A program made the position numbers and the translations under genes. Positions 1-9,715 of a stretch of 20,000 nt of DNA are shown here, piece after piece. The stretch lies in the IMG/VR virus record IMGVR_UViG_3300020451_000536, one strand, 5' to 3'. The DNA is from an uncultured virus (IMG/VR IMGVR_UViG_3300020451_000536). Taxonomy: Duplodnaviria > Heunggongvirae > Uroviricota > Caudoviricetes. Position 1 is the first letter of the stretch, and each line of letters opens with the position of its first letter. The notes beneath the pieces were generated by a model. That model was not told where the DNA came from and searched no databases. It was given only the letters and a program-made list of their open reading frames with translations.

Positions 1-293
1 GCTGTTGACTGTGAAGTTCCGTCTGCAAAAGTTAATGCACCAGAACTTAATGTCACACCAGCAAAAGTGCTACTACCAGAAAATGTATTATTACCACTAA
101 AAGAAATATTTGCAGTTGCATCAAAAGCAACAGCATTTAGTGCCACTATCGCTTCTACTATATCTGTTGAAGATGCAATAGTACCAGTTGCAGCTAGTAA
201 ATCTGCAATATCACCAACATCACTCGCAGTTGAGTTAAATGTTGTTCTGAAAGTTTCAAACGAATTTGATGCTAGTACACTTCTATCAGCCAT
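1..293 (-). CDS. Putative virion fibre-like protein, N-terminal part (runs off the window edge; not in ORF track)
   Basis: Manual translation from ATG at 293..291 gives MADRSVLASNSFETFRTTFNSTASDVGDIADLLAATGTIASSTDIVEAIVALNAVAFDATANISFSGNNTFSGSSTFAGVTLSSGALTFADGTSQST..., open to base 1. It overlaps the stop of the 76-aa gene by 8 nt. The 'FETFRTTFN' N-terminus and 'LTFADGTSQST' motif resemble marine T4-like phage fibre proteins (recognition, not search). Confidence 0.8.
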   Translation of the reverse strand, partial: MADRSVLASNSFETFRTTFNSTASDVGDIADLLAATGTIASSTDIVEAIVALNAVAFDATANISFSGNNTFSGSSTFAGVTLSSGALTFADGTSQST

Positions 294-516
294 TACTCTT
301 CTCTAATATTTGTTTCATCATACTTTTCATTTCATGCATTTCCGACTTAATAGTATTTATCTCACGAACTGCATTTCTTAATTCATCTCTTTGTCTTTGT
401 GCTTCCATTCTAATTTTTCTACTTTTATTAAATGCACTTTCATCTGTATTTAATATTGCACCAGAGTAAGTATCTCTTACTAAATGGTCTTTATCTTTTA
501 CTTTTAATTCTGACAT
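286..516 (-). CDS. Conserved small hypothetical protein (76 aa) with C-terminal coiled coil
   Basis: 'KVKDKDHLVRDTYSGAILNTD...EINTIKSEMHEMKSMMKQIL' matches the small protein I recall following VrlC-like genes in marine T4-like phages. It starts 3 nt after the upstream stop. Confidence 0.85.
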   Translation of the reverse strand: MSELKVKDKDHLVRDTYSGAILNTDESAFNKSRKIRMEAQRQRDELRNAVREINTIKSEMHEMKSMMKQILEKSNG

Positions 517-519
517 AAT

Positions 520-3500
520 TTATCCAGTTGCAACAACCCTTAATCTTTTTAAGATTGGTGGGTTAGTAGAATCCGTTCCTCTCATTCTTATTTTTATTTG
601 GAACGCATTAAAGTCTGCAAGGTCTTTCGCAGAGTATTCGTGTTCTATGAAGTCATCTCTTGTAGTAGATGAGTTAGTAGTAACATCTGGTTGTCCGTTT
701 GTATTAAAGAAAGTATAACCGACATCATTAAAGTCTGATGAGTCATCTGTTCTTAATGTTTTAAACATTACATCAATAGTTGATGTTGCTGGTCTAACTG
801 CATCAAATTTAACATTTATCTGATTAGCTGCACTCTTCATCTGAACTTGTCGTGTTAGATATATTGCTTCTAAACTATCACCTTCTGGTTCAGTTGCTGG
901 AACAAACAATGTAGTTGGATAGACATCTGATGAACTTTGAATATTATTCAGTCTATGAGTTACAGCTGCAATAGATGCTCTATCTAAATCAACGACTGGT
1001 GTTAAGTTATCAAACTCTGAAGTCATAGTCAAAGTTAAGAAGAAAGATTTAGATGAGTTTAATTCATTTGTTTCATTAATAGTAGATGCAACCATTCTTG
1101 GTACATCGTAATAATAGTTTCTACCTAATACTATCGGTCTAGATGCACTGGTCGCTTGTAAATTAAATGATGTTTGTGTACCATCAACAGATGTTGCAGT
1201 TGTCGTTCTGATGTTTGCAGTAATTTTTGTATTAGGATATTCAACATTACTTACAAGTGGTTTCATAACATCCATCATTGCGTTTTCAGTTGCAATAGTT
1301 GTACTACCACCAAATTTAATACCAGCGGTTGCAGTTGCAGCTGTTGTTGCAGTTGCAGTTTGAGTTGCAACTGAATTTGCAGTTGTAATTGTATACGAAT
1401 CAATTCCTACATTTCCAACTGCTGTGTGAGTTCTATTAATCTGGTCTAATGGTATTCCATCTATTTCATATAGTTCAATAGCAGCACCAGAAGTATGTGC
1501 AATCGCACCAGTGGGTCTTGTTATACTGGTTACAGAAGAACCAGAAATAGTACCACTAAAGATTTCATCTTCTCTTATTGCACCAGTAGTTGAATCTCTT
1601 GGAACTGTAATTTTTAATCTTACTGAACCACTGCCTGGAAACCCAGTATTACTAGTTAATGTAAGTGAAGTATCTGAAGCACCAAAAGCACCGTTAAGAG
1701 TTGTATTAACTCCAGAAGATACACCACTTATATTAACATTGTTTGTTGTTGCATACATATGGTGATTTCTATGTGTAATTTTTACAACACCAGAACTTGC
1801 TAATGATTCTAATGGATTTTCTTTTAATGTTCTATTTTCTGTTGGTGCATTTGTTAATACTAGATTTGATGTTTTACTTGTATCAAATTTTGCACGATAA
1901 ATTGTAAACTTAACATCTTCATCTTGATATGCGTTCCAAGTTCTATTGTTTTGAGATTTAAATAACACACCAAGATATGGTTGGTCATTCACAATCGTTC
2001 CACTATCAATATCTGCATCACCTAATTTAGAAATCCATAACTTATAATCTCTTGAGTCTGTTTTGATAACTAATGCATATTCACTATGGTCTGCAACATA
2101 AATTGGTGATTCAAATTCAAATGTTGTAGCTACAGTTGCATCATCCGATAATAATATTTCAGAAGATTCTAATGTTTTAGATGCAAGTGGTAATAGTTTT
2201 TCAGTTGGATAACCATCTCTCATTTCTCTAATTTGAATGGTTACTGGAACTCTTTCATCTTTTTCTTGAAAATATAAATCTACTTTTGTGATGAATTCAC
2301 CACCAACACTGTCAACAATAAATGATTGAGCAAGGGGATCCCACGGTTGTATCAAAGTTCTACCTCTGTGTTGGAATTGTCTTGCTTCAAAAACTTCTTC
2401 TTGGAATAATTGTCCGTTTCTTGTTCTTGTAACAGTTTCTTCAATAGTGTTTAAGAAACCTCTTGCAGTATAGATACCCTCTGCATATGTTTCAACACCC
2501 TCTAAATTAACATCATCTGCTTCATTTATTCTAGATGAAGTCAATCTGAATTGTCTTTCACCAGTTTTAAATGATGGATTGCCTGGAGCATTAGGGTCTG
2601 GTATACTAAAGACACCACTTATTGAACCAGTTGGGCCTGTGATAAATACAGAACCATCTTCGCCAGGTGGTAATAGTTTCTGAACAGTTCCACTTTCTGG
2701 AGTTTGTGTTCTTGTTCCAGTAAATAAGTTATATGTAATCTGAAGAACAGAATCTCTCATTTCTTCTGCAACACCAATATTACCAGGCGTTACTGCACCA
2801 ACTGGAGGAACTATACCATCTATACTCGCACTTGGATTTGTTAAGTTTTGGAATTGTACAACAGAACAGAATTGTGTTAAATCAATATTAGTTGTTGCAT
2901 CTGCATTAAAGAATTCTACACCATATAATCTGTGTCCAGCACAAGTATGAATAGGGTCTACTGCTCTTTCAATTTGGATTCTCCAAAACTTTTCACCTTG
3001 AATATTTGGGCCAACAACACCCTCAGCTGCAGTTGTAAAGTCATAACTATAAAACGCATTACTTCCTCTTGCAATATTAATTGTAGTGTGTAATGAAAAT
3101 TGTCCTACTGTATTGAATCCGTACTCTGAATCAGAACTCATAATTTTTGCAACATAATCGTTTGCTTGGTCTGTGTTATCATAACCAAATCTAATTTTAC
3201 CTACGGCAGTCCAGTTTGGAGTCTCTGGTAAAGTTATAGTTGTTAGTGTACCACCAGGCTTACCACCGTCTGGAGTACAGAAAGTTCCAATAAATTGTCT
3301 ATCAAAGAAAGGATAAACTCTTGTTTTAGGTTTCATTTTAGATGCTCTAAATGTTACATTTCTAGAACGAATAAATGGAACTACATCTTGTCTAATTAAT
3401 TCATTACCGATAGGTTTATGGTCATTAACTTCAGTTACAAAAGTTCTTGTACCAGTTCTAACTTGGTCTGTTAAAACTAATTCCCAAAGACCACCTCGTC

Positions 3501-6500
3501 CCCAACCAGAACTAGTTGTTCCGATAACACCAGATGAAATAGTTTCCCAAGCATTCCAAATAGTACCTAATGCATCTTCACCACCAGCAGCTTGTAATAT
3601 TTGGTCAAAGTTACCTTCTAAATTAATTACAATCTGTGGAAGTTTATTTACTTCAAACCACTCATCACCAGATGGGTCTAATTCTAATACACCAACCCAA
3701 GTAAAGAAAAATGCAGCTTGGGCACTTTCTACTCTAGTTGCAAATTTATTTTCAACAGTTGAAACAGAAGTAAATGGTAACATACACTGGTCACCAATTT
3801 TAGAATAACCGTCATTTGTTCTTGCAGTAGTATTTGTATTTTGTTCAATAAGTGCTACATTTTTCATAGAGTATTTTGGTCTTAATGTTCTATTTTCATA
3901 ATCTATTGAACAACTGTAATCTTGGTGAGATACATCACCAGTTTTATGTCCAGTAAAGTTATCAACAACAAAACCAGATTTAAATCTATCAAATCCATTT
4001 GCATCTAATACTTGGAAGTTTTCTGTTTCTGCTTCTAATAAGTTAAGAGTTGTGTAATCTTCTAGTCGTTCTATTCTATTTTCTAAACGACCAATATCTC
4101 TCATTGTAAATCTATTATTTTTTTGTATTCTTAAAAATATATCTTGTTCTGGTTCTTTAACATAAGGTTGCATTAACACATCAACTATTTTCATAGCTTC
4201 ATTTTCTGCAAGAGGTTTAGGAGGTTCTGTTATTTCTGTTTCAACATCTAAACCTTCTTTGACTACAAATTCCATATCCTTTGTTAAGAATACACTATCT
4301 GTTCTACCTACATAAAAATCTAAATCATATTGAAAATTAGAATTATCTTGTGGAATATTTGAAACTATTGAACCAGATGCAGAAAAGTTTCTTTGTGCAA
4401 AGTTAAATGTAAAATCATTTACTCTTTCAGTAGATAAACTTTGTGATGATGTTGTTACAGTAGATATTGTATCATCATTTGCAACAGTAGGTCTAAAATC
4501 TATTGAGTCGTGTAATAAGAATCTACCTCTAGGTTGTCTTTGTTCTGTATCTACTCTTGTTGCAAGGTATGTTGGTATATCTTTGTAATCTATATTTGAA
4601 TACGAATCTACATTGAAGAAATCACCAGTACCGTGAGTAAAGTGGTCACACACAATTAATAATTTACCAATAGGAACATCAACATTTGTTTTTCTAATTA
4701 TTCTAGAAATATCATAGTATGAATCTCTCATACCATCATCTAGAACATAATTATTTGTAACAACTGCATCACCAGCAGTTACAGTGGTTGTTGTACCAGT
4801 TGCACCACTTGTTAAACCAGTAAATGTTTCACCATCAGAAAAGTTTGTAGTAGATAATAAAACATAAAAGAAAGTAGTTGGGCCTGTATTAATAAGAGAA
4901 CCTATCGCACCACTAGTTGTACCTTTTATTCTTTCACCTTTAGTAAATGTTCCACTTGCAACTGTTCCAGTAAATTGAGGAACTATTGGGTCAGTAGATG
5001 AGTTTGCAGATTCGTATATTGCTCTTATTTTATATACATCAGTTCTACCTAAAGAAATCTCTTTGTGATGTGCAGATGTACCATATTGTACACCACCACC
5101 AACTCCGTTATTGTCTACAATAACTAAGTGAGCAGGATTGTTTGTTTTGTTTTTTTGTTGTGCAGAAGTTTTAGTAATTGTTGCAGTAACTTTAACTACA
5201 CAATCTGAAGATGTTCCGAAAACAGTTGTATCTGTAAATGTTGCAGTTTTAGAATCACCAGCTAATACAGATGATGTCATATCATCAATATCAATGATAT
5301 CACCATCATTACAACCACCAGAACCATCATCTAAAACAGTAATTGTGTAATTTGTATTAGATAATGCATTGAATGTTTCATTAGTTCCAGCAGTTATTAC
5401 TATTTGTCCAGATGCATTTGATGTAATGATAAATTGTTTTTTAAATGTATATGAAGTTTGTGATACACCATCGTTGTCAACAGTTAACATTGATTTTGCA
5501 TATTTTTTTACTGTTTTTCTTAAAAGAATATTTTTATTTACATCATTAATTTTTGTTCTTGTTCTAACTGCACCAACACTTGACACAGTTGAAGAGATTA
5601 AAATTACTTCTGCAACACCAGCACTAGCACCATCTGTGTTAGCAACACCAGAGTTAACTGGATATGTGCCTGTGTTATTACCAGTTCTTGTTAATGTCGC
5701 TTTACCATTATATCCGTTATCTGCGTGGTCTTTAAATACAACCGTTCTACTTCCAGAACCACTTAATATTGAACCAGTAGTTGCAGTGAACGCTCCAGTT
5801 GCAGTAAATGTTGCAGTACCAGTGCTTTCAGTTGTTGCAGAAGTTGTAACAACTGCACCACCTTGAATACAAAAGTAAGTTGCAGTAGTATTATCTGTTA
5901 CACTTTCAATAACAATTTTTTCTGTTGCACTATTAGCACCAGTTGGAACTTCTAAAACATCACCAGCTCTCAATTCAGTATTAAATAAAGTGTTTTGTCC
6001 AACTAAAGTATCTGTATTTCTTGTGAGTGATACTGTACCAGTTAAATTAAATCTACTTTGCATAACACAATCAGCACTAAAGTTTGCTTGATTTGAATCA
6101 TCATCATTCATAAAGATTTGTCTTACTTGACTAATATTAAATGACTCTACTGCACTAATTGTTAAATCTGTTGTTGTACCATTTTCGTGTACTAATTCAT
6201 CTGATTGAGTTGATGCACTTGATTTTGCTTTCTCACCACTTGAGAATATACCATTAACATTTGTAAGATAAACTGCATCAGAACTAACAGAGTGAACAAA
6301 TCCAGTTGCACCAGAATTCGCACCAGTTATTTTTGCACCAGCAACAAATTCAGATGTAGTTACAACTCCACTAAAATCTATCTCTGTAAACATTTTAATA
6401 TCAAATAATCCAAGATTAAATTGTGAATCATTATCTGCACTATTTGATAAAAAGTCAGTTACTGTGGAATTGTTTGCAGCTGTATCAAAACTTCTTACTC

Positions 6501-7863
6501 TTGCAACACCAATTTTACCACCGTCTTCTGTTAAAATACTATCCGTTTCTATTCCTCTTGCAGGCCCACCAGTTGTACCAGTTGATTTTGATATTGTGAA
6601 ATTATCGTGAAGTGAAACTTCCATAAATGGTTCATCAATAGAACCAGGCGTTTCTGGAGTTAAATCTGGAGAACCAAATGCATTTTCAACTACGATTGTA
6701 TTACCAACTTCAACTGGTGTGATTGCATTATCAACATTTTCAGTTGTTCTTGGTTTTCTTATATCAATGAATGTTGGGTGACTTTTTTCTATTTCATAAC
6801 CAGCAACATATGCTTTACCTGGCGTTAGATGTAAAGTAAGTAAATCTTCTGAGGCTGCATTTCCACTATCAGTTGTAGTTCCAGATGCAAACACACCATT
6901 GTTAAGACCATCATCTAAAGTTTCTCTAGCATCTGGTTTAAAATCTCTAACAATGTAGTGTCCAGATTCATCATAAGTTCTTCTTGCAAGTGTTTCACCT
7001 AATACTGCATATTCTGTATTTCTTGATGCAGATAAAACATTACCAAGATTAACTCTCATAATCTCAACAAAGTTTGTATCATTAGTATCTGTTAAAGATA
7101 ATTTTGCAAGTGTTAATGAAATTTTTAATCTATGAGCACCAGCAGCATTTTCATTTGATGTACCAGTTGCGTTATCATATAATGTACTATCTTCTTCTGG
7201 GGTTACTAAATCTTCTGTAACTGTAAAACCAATTCTGTATGATGGTGTATTAGTATATTTGTCTAATACTAATGTTTGTTCTGAAACATTTACAAAATGA
7301 CCTCTAACAAAATATGTACCAGCTGCAACAGTTACTGCTGAACCAATCGCAGTTGCATCTGATGATTGAATAGTTAATGATTCTTGACCAGCAATAAAAG
7401 AACCGATTGCACCGTCAGCAAATAAATTTTCTCCATCAGTAAATACAAATTGTTCACCAGTTAAATCTGGATTTAAGTATTTAACAAATAAAGTTATTGG
7501 GTCATCACCACTTGCAGCTGCAGTTCCTACAACTGTTCCAGCTACACCAGATGTTGCACCAGTGACGATTTTGTCTTTATAAGATGAAATGTTTGATGTA
7601 ATGTCTGTGGTATTAAAAGTACCTTGAATTTTAACAGCATAATACTGTTTATCCATTCCAACTTCACCACCAGATATAATCGCACCTTCTTTGAAGATGT
7701 TTCTACCCATTTCTTCAACTTGATTTTGAAGTATAGATTGTTGTGAAGTTAATTCTCTAGCTTGTACTGCGAAGCCAGGTCTATATAATACTTTATGAAA
7801 ATTTTTACTTGTATCAAAATCATCATAATATGGTGATACATTTAGATTTGTTTTTTGTGCCAT
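520..7863 (-). CDS. Large virion structural protein, VrlC-like / DUF4815 family (2447 aa)
   Basis: Characteristic motifs include the N-terminus MAQKTNLNVSPYYDDFD...KVLYRPGFAVQARELT, 'LARRTYDESGHY', 'RFTMRDIGRLENRIERLE', 'DRFKSGFVVDNF', 'DPLAQSF' and the C-terminus 'FNAFQIKIRM...P.LKRLRVVA'. It lies directly downstream of gp8. Confidence 0.92.
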   Translation of the reverse strand: MAQKTNLNVSPYYDDFDTSKNFHKVLYRPGFAVQARELTSQQSILQNQVEEMGRNIFKEGAIISGGEVGMDKQYYAVKIQGTFNTTDITSNISSYKDKIVTGATSGVAGTVVGTAAASGDDPITLFVKYLNPDLTGEQFVFTDGENLFADGAIGSFIAGQESLTIQSSDATAIGSAVTVAAGTYFVRGHFVNVSEQTLVLDKYTNTPSYRIGFTVTEDLVTPEEDSTLYDNATGTSNENAAGAHRLKISLTLAKLSLTDTNDTNFVEIMRVNLGNVLSASRNTEYAVLGETLARRTYDESGHYIVRDFKPDARETLDDGLNNGVFASGTTTDSGNAASEDLLTLHLTPGKAYVAGYEIEKSHPTFIDIRKPRTTENVDNAITPVEVGNTIVVENAFGSPDLTPETPGSIDEPFMEVSLHDNFTISKSTGTTGGPARGIETDSILTEDGGKIGVARVRSFDTAANNSTVTDFLSNSADNDSQFNLGLFDIKMFTEIDFSGVVTTSEFVAGAKITGANSGATGFVHSVSSDAVYLTNVNGIFSSGEKAKSSASTQSDELVHENGTTTDLTISAVESFNISQVRQIFMNDDDSNQANFSADCVMQSRFNLTGTVSLTRNTDTLVGQNTLFNTELRAGDVLEVPTGANSATEKIVIESVTDNTTATYFCIQGGAVVTTSATTESTGTATFTATGAFTATTGSILSGSGSRTVVFKDHADNGYNGKATLTRTGNNTGTYPVNSGVANTDGASAGVAEVILISSTVSSVGAVRTRTKINDVNKNILLRKTVKKYAKSMLTVDNDGVSQTSYTFKKQFIITSNASGQIVITAGTNETFNALSNTNYTITVLDDGSGGCNDGDIIDIDDMTSSVLAGDSKTATFTDTTVFGTSSDCVVKVTATITKTSAQQKNKTNNPAHLVIVDNNGVGGGVQYGTSAHHKEISLGRTDVYKIRAIYESANSSTDPIVPQFTGTVASGTFTKGERIKGTTSGAIGSLINTGPTTFFYVLLSTTNFSDGETFTGLTSGATGTTTTVTAGDAVVTNNYVLDDGMRDSYYDISRIIRKTNVDVPIGKLLIVCDHFTHGTGDFFNVDSYSNIDYKDIPTYLATRVDTEQRQPRGRFLLHDSIDFRPTVANDDTISTVTTSSQSLSTERVNDFTFNFAQRNFSASGSIVSNIPQDNSNFQYDLDFYVGRTDSVFLTKDMEFVVKEGLDVETEITEPPKPLAENEAMKIVDVLMQPYVKEPEQDIFLRIQKNNRFTMRDIGRLENRIERLEDYTTLNLLEAETENFQVLDANGFDRFKSGFVVDNFTGHKTGDVSHQDYSCSIDYENRTLRPKYSMKNVALIEQNTNTTARTNDGYSKIGDQCMLPFTSVSTVENKFATRVESAQAAFFFTWVGVLELDPSGDEWFEVNKLPQIVINLEGNFDQILQAAGGEDALGTIWNAWETISSGVIGTTSSGWGRGGLWELVLTDQVRTGTRTFVTEVNDHKPIGNELIRQDVVPFIRSRNVTFRASKMKPKTRVYPFFDRQFIGTFCTPDGGKPGGTLTTITLPETPNWTAVGKIRFGYDNTDQANDYVAKIMSSDSEYGFNTVGQFSLHTTINIARGSNAFYSYDFTTAAEGVVGPNIQGEKFWRIQIERAVDPIHTCAGHRLYGVEFFNADATTNIDLTQFCSVVQFQNLTNPSASIDGIVPPVGAVTPGNIGVAEEMRDSVLQITYNLFTGTRTQTPESGTVQKLLPPGEDGSVFITGPTGSISGVFSIPDPNAPGNPSFKTGERQFRLTSSRINEADDVNLEGVETYAEGIYTARGFLNTIEETVTRTRNGQLFQEEVFEARQFQHRGRTLIQPWDPLAQSFIVDSVGGEFITKVDLYFQEKDERVPVTIQIREMRDGYPTEKLLPLASKTLESSEILLSDDATVATTFEFESPIYVADHSEYALVIKTDSRDYKLWISKLGDADIDSGTIVNDQPYLGVLFKSQNNRTWNAYQDEDVKFTIYRAKFDTSKTSNLVLTNAPTENRTLKENPLESLASSGVVKITHRNHHMYATTNNVNISGVSSGVNTTLNGAFGASDTSLTLTSNTGFPGSGSVRLKITVPRDSTTGAIREDEIFSGTISGSSVTSITRPTGAIAHTSGAAIELYEIDGIPLDQINRTHTAVGNVGIDSYTITTANSVATQTATATTAATATAGIKFGGSTTIATENAMMDVMKPLVSNVEYPNTKITANIRTTTATSVDGTQTSFNLQATSASRPIVLGRNYYYDVPRMVASTINETNELNSSKSFFLTLTMTSEFDNLTPVVDLDRASIAAVTHRLNNIQSSSDVYPTTLFVPATEPEGDSLEAIYLTRQVQMKSAANQINVKFDAVRPATSTIDVMFKTLRTDDSSDFNDVGYTFFNTNGQPDVTTNSSTTRDDFIEHEYSAKDLADFNAFQIKIRMRGTDSTNPPILKRLRVVATG

Positions 7864-7865
7864 TC

Positions 7866-9383
7866 TTAAAACTCAACTATGATTTTAACATCCTCTGTTT
7901 GGTCAGATGCTCGTGAAATAGGTCTTCTATTTTCTATATAAATTATGTCTCCACTATCTGGGTGCATTTCTGGATTTGCATATCCACTTGAAAATGCGAT
8001 ACTATCAACTGTTTCAGAACTAGTAGAAGACGGTGTTCCAGATGCACTAGAGTCTGCACCAGATATTGCATTTGCACCAGAAAATAAAACTGTATTACTT
8101 GCAGTATTGACACCATAGTTTGTAAATCTTTCTTGTTGATAATATAAAATTTTATTTGTTGCATCCCATTCAACAACTCTACCTACTGCACCAGTAGTTG
8201 CTTGAGTTATTTTTTCATCTGCATCAAAATCTCCACTTGGTGAAGGAATATAAATTGCATATGTATTTCTTGCAGTTGAGGCAGAAAATAATGTTGAACT
8301 GTTAAACTGAGTTGGATTTTTCATAATACCAACTTGTCTGAAATCATTTGCAACTGTAATATCATTACCTTCTTCTTGTTCAAACTTTGTGTTTAAAATT
8401 ACAAAGTGTCCACCTAATTCTTCTACTGCATCGTGTCCGTGTCCAACTTGAGGTGATATAATTGGAGTTATAGTTCCAGCAGTTGCAGAGTTCCAAGTTG
8501 ATAGAGTAGAACCACTGATTAAAGATGTTGCACCAGTGTCTGTATAAACATTAGTTCCTGCTAAATCTACGGTTGCAAAAGTATACTTTGAACCACTAGC
8601 TTGAACTGATGATACACCAGTTTCACCAAATCTTGTAATTACATTTGAACTCACAACAACTTTAAGTATTGCACCACTTCCATCACCAGCAACCTTTACA
8701 TAATAAGTTCCGTCTGGATAACCACTACCTTGACTTGTTACTAAGAAAGTATCAATCGGAGCACCATTAAAAGGTGCAGAGTCTGAACTTGTTGTTACTG
8801 CACCAGACGATACAGTTGAGTCTGTTGCGACTGCCATAAAATCAGTTGTCAAAAACTTATCTACTTGAGTAGTTGTCAATGTGTACATATATTGTAAATA
8901 ATATCCACCAACAAATTGTTTTACTGGGGAAGTAAAAGTAGGTTCAGTTGAAAGTGCAATTTTTACTCCAGAAGAATTTAGGTTATATAAAACTTTATAA
9001 ACTCTAAAATCTGAAGTTATGAAAAAAAATGTAGAATCAAAAAGATTACTTGCACCAGTTTGATTTGAAGGATTAGCTGCACTGATGTTATGTTCGTACA
9101 TATCATAAGTAGTACCAGATGTATATGTTCTTCTAGGAACACCTCTTGATACATCAGAAGCTGCAATCGCATTTGCACCTAACATTGAGTCCCATCTATA
9201 ATTTTCTGATGTGATATCATCTACTGGAGTTGGTGGAGAAGTATCACTTCCACCAGAAGTTCCACTAGTAAAAGGAGTTGATTTTCCTACAAACATATAA
9301 TAGTTTTCGTTTGTTTCAGAAAATGATTCCTCAAACTGAGCGGCGTTTGTTTGTCTAAATTTTTCTGTAATAATCGCAGCCAT
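7866..9383 (-). CDS. gp8: Baseplate wedge subunit, T4 gp8-like (505 aa)
   Basis: Motifs 'MAAIITEKFR', 'YYMFVGK', 'GTTYDMYEH', 'DFRVYKVLYN', 'GHGHDAVEELG', 'NDFRQVGIMKNP' and the C-terminus 'SGDIIYIENRRPISRASDQTEDVKIIVEF' are typical of marine T4-like gp8. An AGGA RBS lies upstream. Confidence 0.92.
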   Translation of the reverse strand: MAAIITEKFRQTNAAQFEESFSETNENYYMFVGKSTPFTSGTSGGSDTSPPTPVDDITSENYRWDSMLGANAIAASDVSRGVPRRTYTSGTTYDMYEHNISAANPSNQTGASNLFDSTFFFITSDFRVYKVLYNLNSSGVKIALSTEPTFTSPVKQFVGGYYLQYMYTLTTTQVDKFLTTDFMAVATDSTVSSGAVTTSSDSAPFNGAPIDTFLVTSQGSGYPDGTYYVKVAGDGSGAILKVVVSSNVITRFGETGVSSVQASGSKYTFATVDLAGTNVYTDTGATSLISGSTLSTWNSATAGTITPIISPQVGHGHDAVEELGGHFVILNTKFEQEEGNDITVANDFRQVGIMKNPTQFNSSTLFSASTARNTYAIYIPSPSGDFDADEKITQATTGAVGRVVEWDATNKILYYQQERFTNYGVNTASNTVLFSGANAISGADSSASGTPSSTSSETVDSIAFSSGYANPEMHPDSGDIIYIENRRPISRASDQTEDVKIIVEF

Positions 9384-9399
9384 TGTTATTCCTTCTTAC

Positions 9400-9407
9400 T
9401 ATTTAGT
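9400..9407 (-). promoter_or_regulatory. Putative T4-type late promoter variant (ACTAAATA) upstream of gp8
   Basis: The minus strand reads ACTAAATA-gtaagaAGGAataacaATG in a 29-nt intergenic gap. It shares the TAAATA core of the T4 late consensus TATAAATA. Confidence 0.55.
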
Positions 9408-9412
9408 CCATC

Positions 9413-9706
9413 TTATGATGGTTCTGTTGGCCAAGTAACTTTATTTACCTTGTCTTCAGTATCTAATCCATTGGTCAAGTCTCTTAAACTTTGTCTATAA
9501 GTTTTCCAATCAGAACTCATAGTTACATCAGAGTTTGCTCTCCAATCTGATTCACTTAATTTATTATTTCTATCTTTTCTTAAACCAGCAATAGCTCTAT
9601 CGTAAGCTCCTTTTGCCCACTCTACATCTCTTGCTTCAAGTTCTTTTATTTCTGAATCGGTCAAAGGTATTTTTTCACCATTAACCATTTTGTGCGTGTA
9701 TGCCAT
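9413..9706 (-). CDS. Tail fibre assembly chaperone-like protein (Phage_tail_APC-like, 97 aa)
   Basis: It has the pattern 'LRKDRNNKLSESDW...WKTYRQSLRDLT...VTWPTEPS'. It follows a fibre-like gene and has an AGGAGA RBS overlapping the upstream TAG. Confidence 0.85.
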   Translation of the reverse strand: MAYTHKMVNGEKIPLTDSEIKELEARDVEWAKGAYDRAIAGLRKDRNNKLSESDWRANSDVTMSSDWKTYRQSLRDLTNGLDTEDKVNKVTWPTEPS

Positions 9707-9715
9707 TAGTATCTC

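Noticed and set aside
1320..1390. Short 'gttgca' repeats
   Set aside because: They are low-complexity coding for a Thr/Ala linker (VATQTATATTAATATAG), not a CRISPR or regulatory array.
520..7863. Intein or intron in the very long ORF
   Set aside because: I recognised no intein splice-junction or homing-endonuclease motifs and the frame is uninterrupted. Large size is normal for this family.
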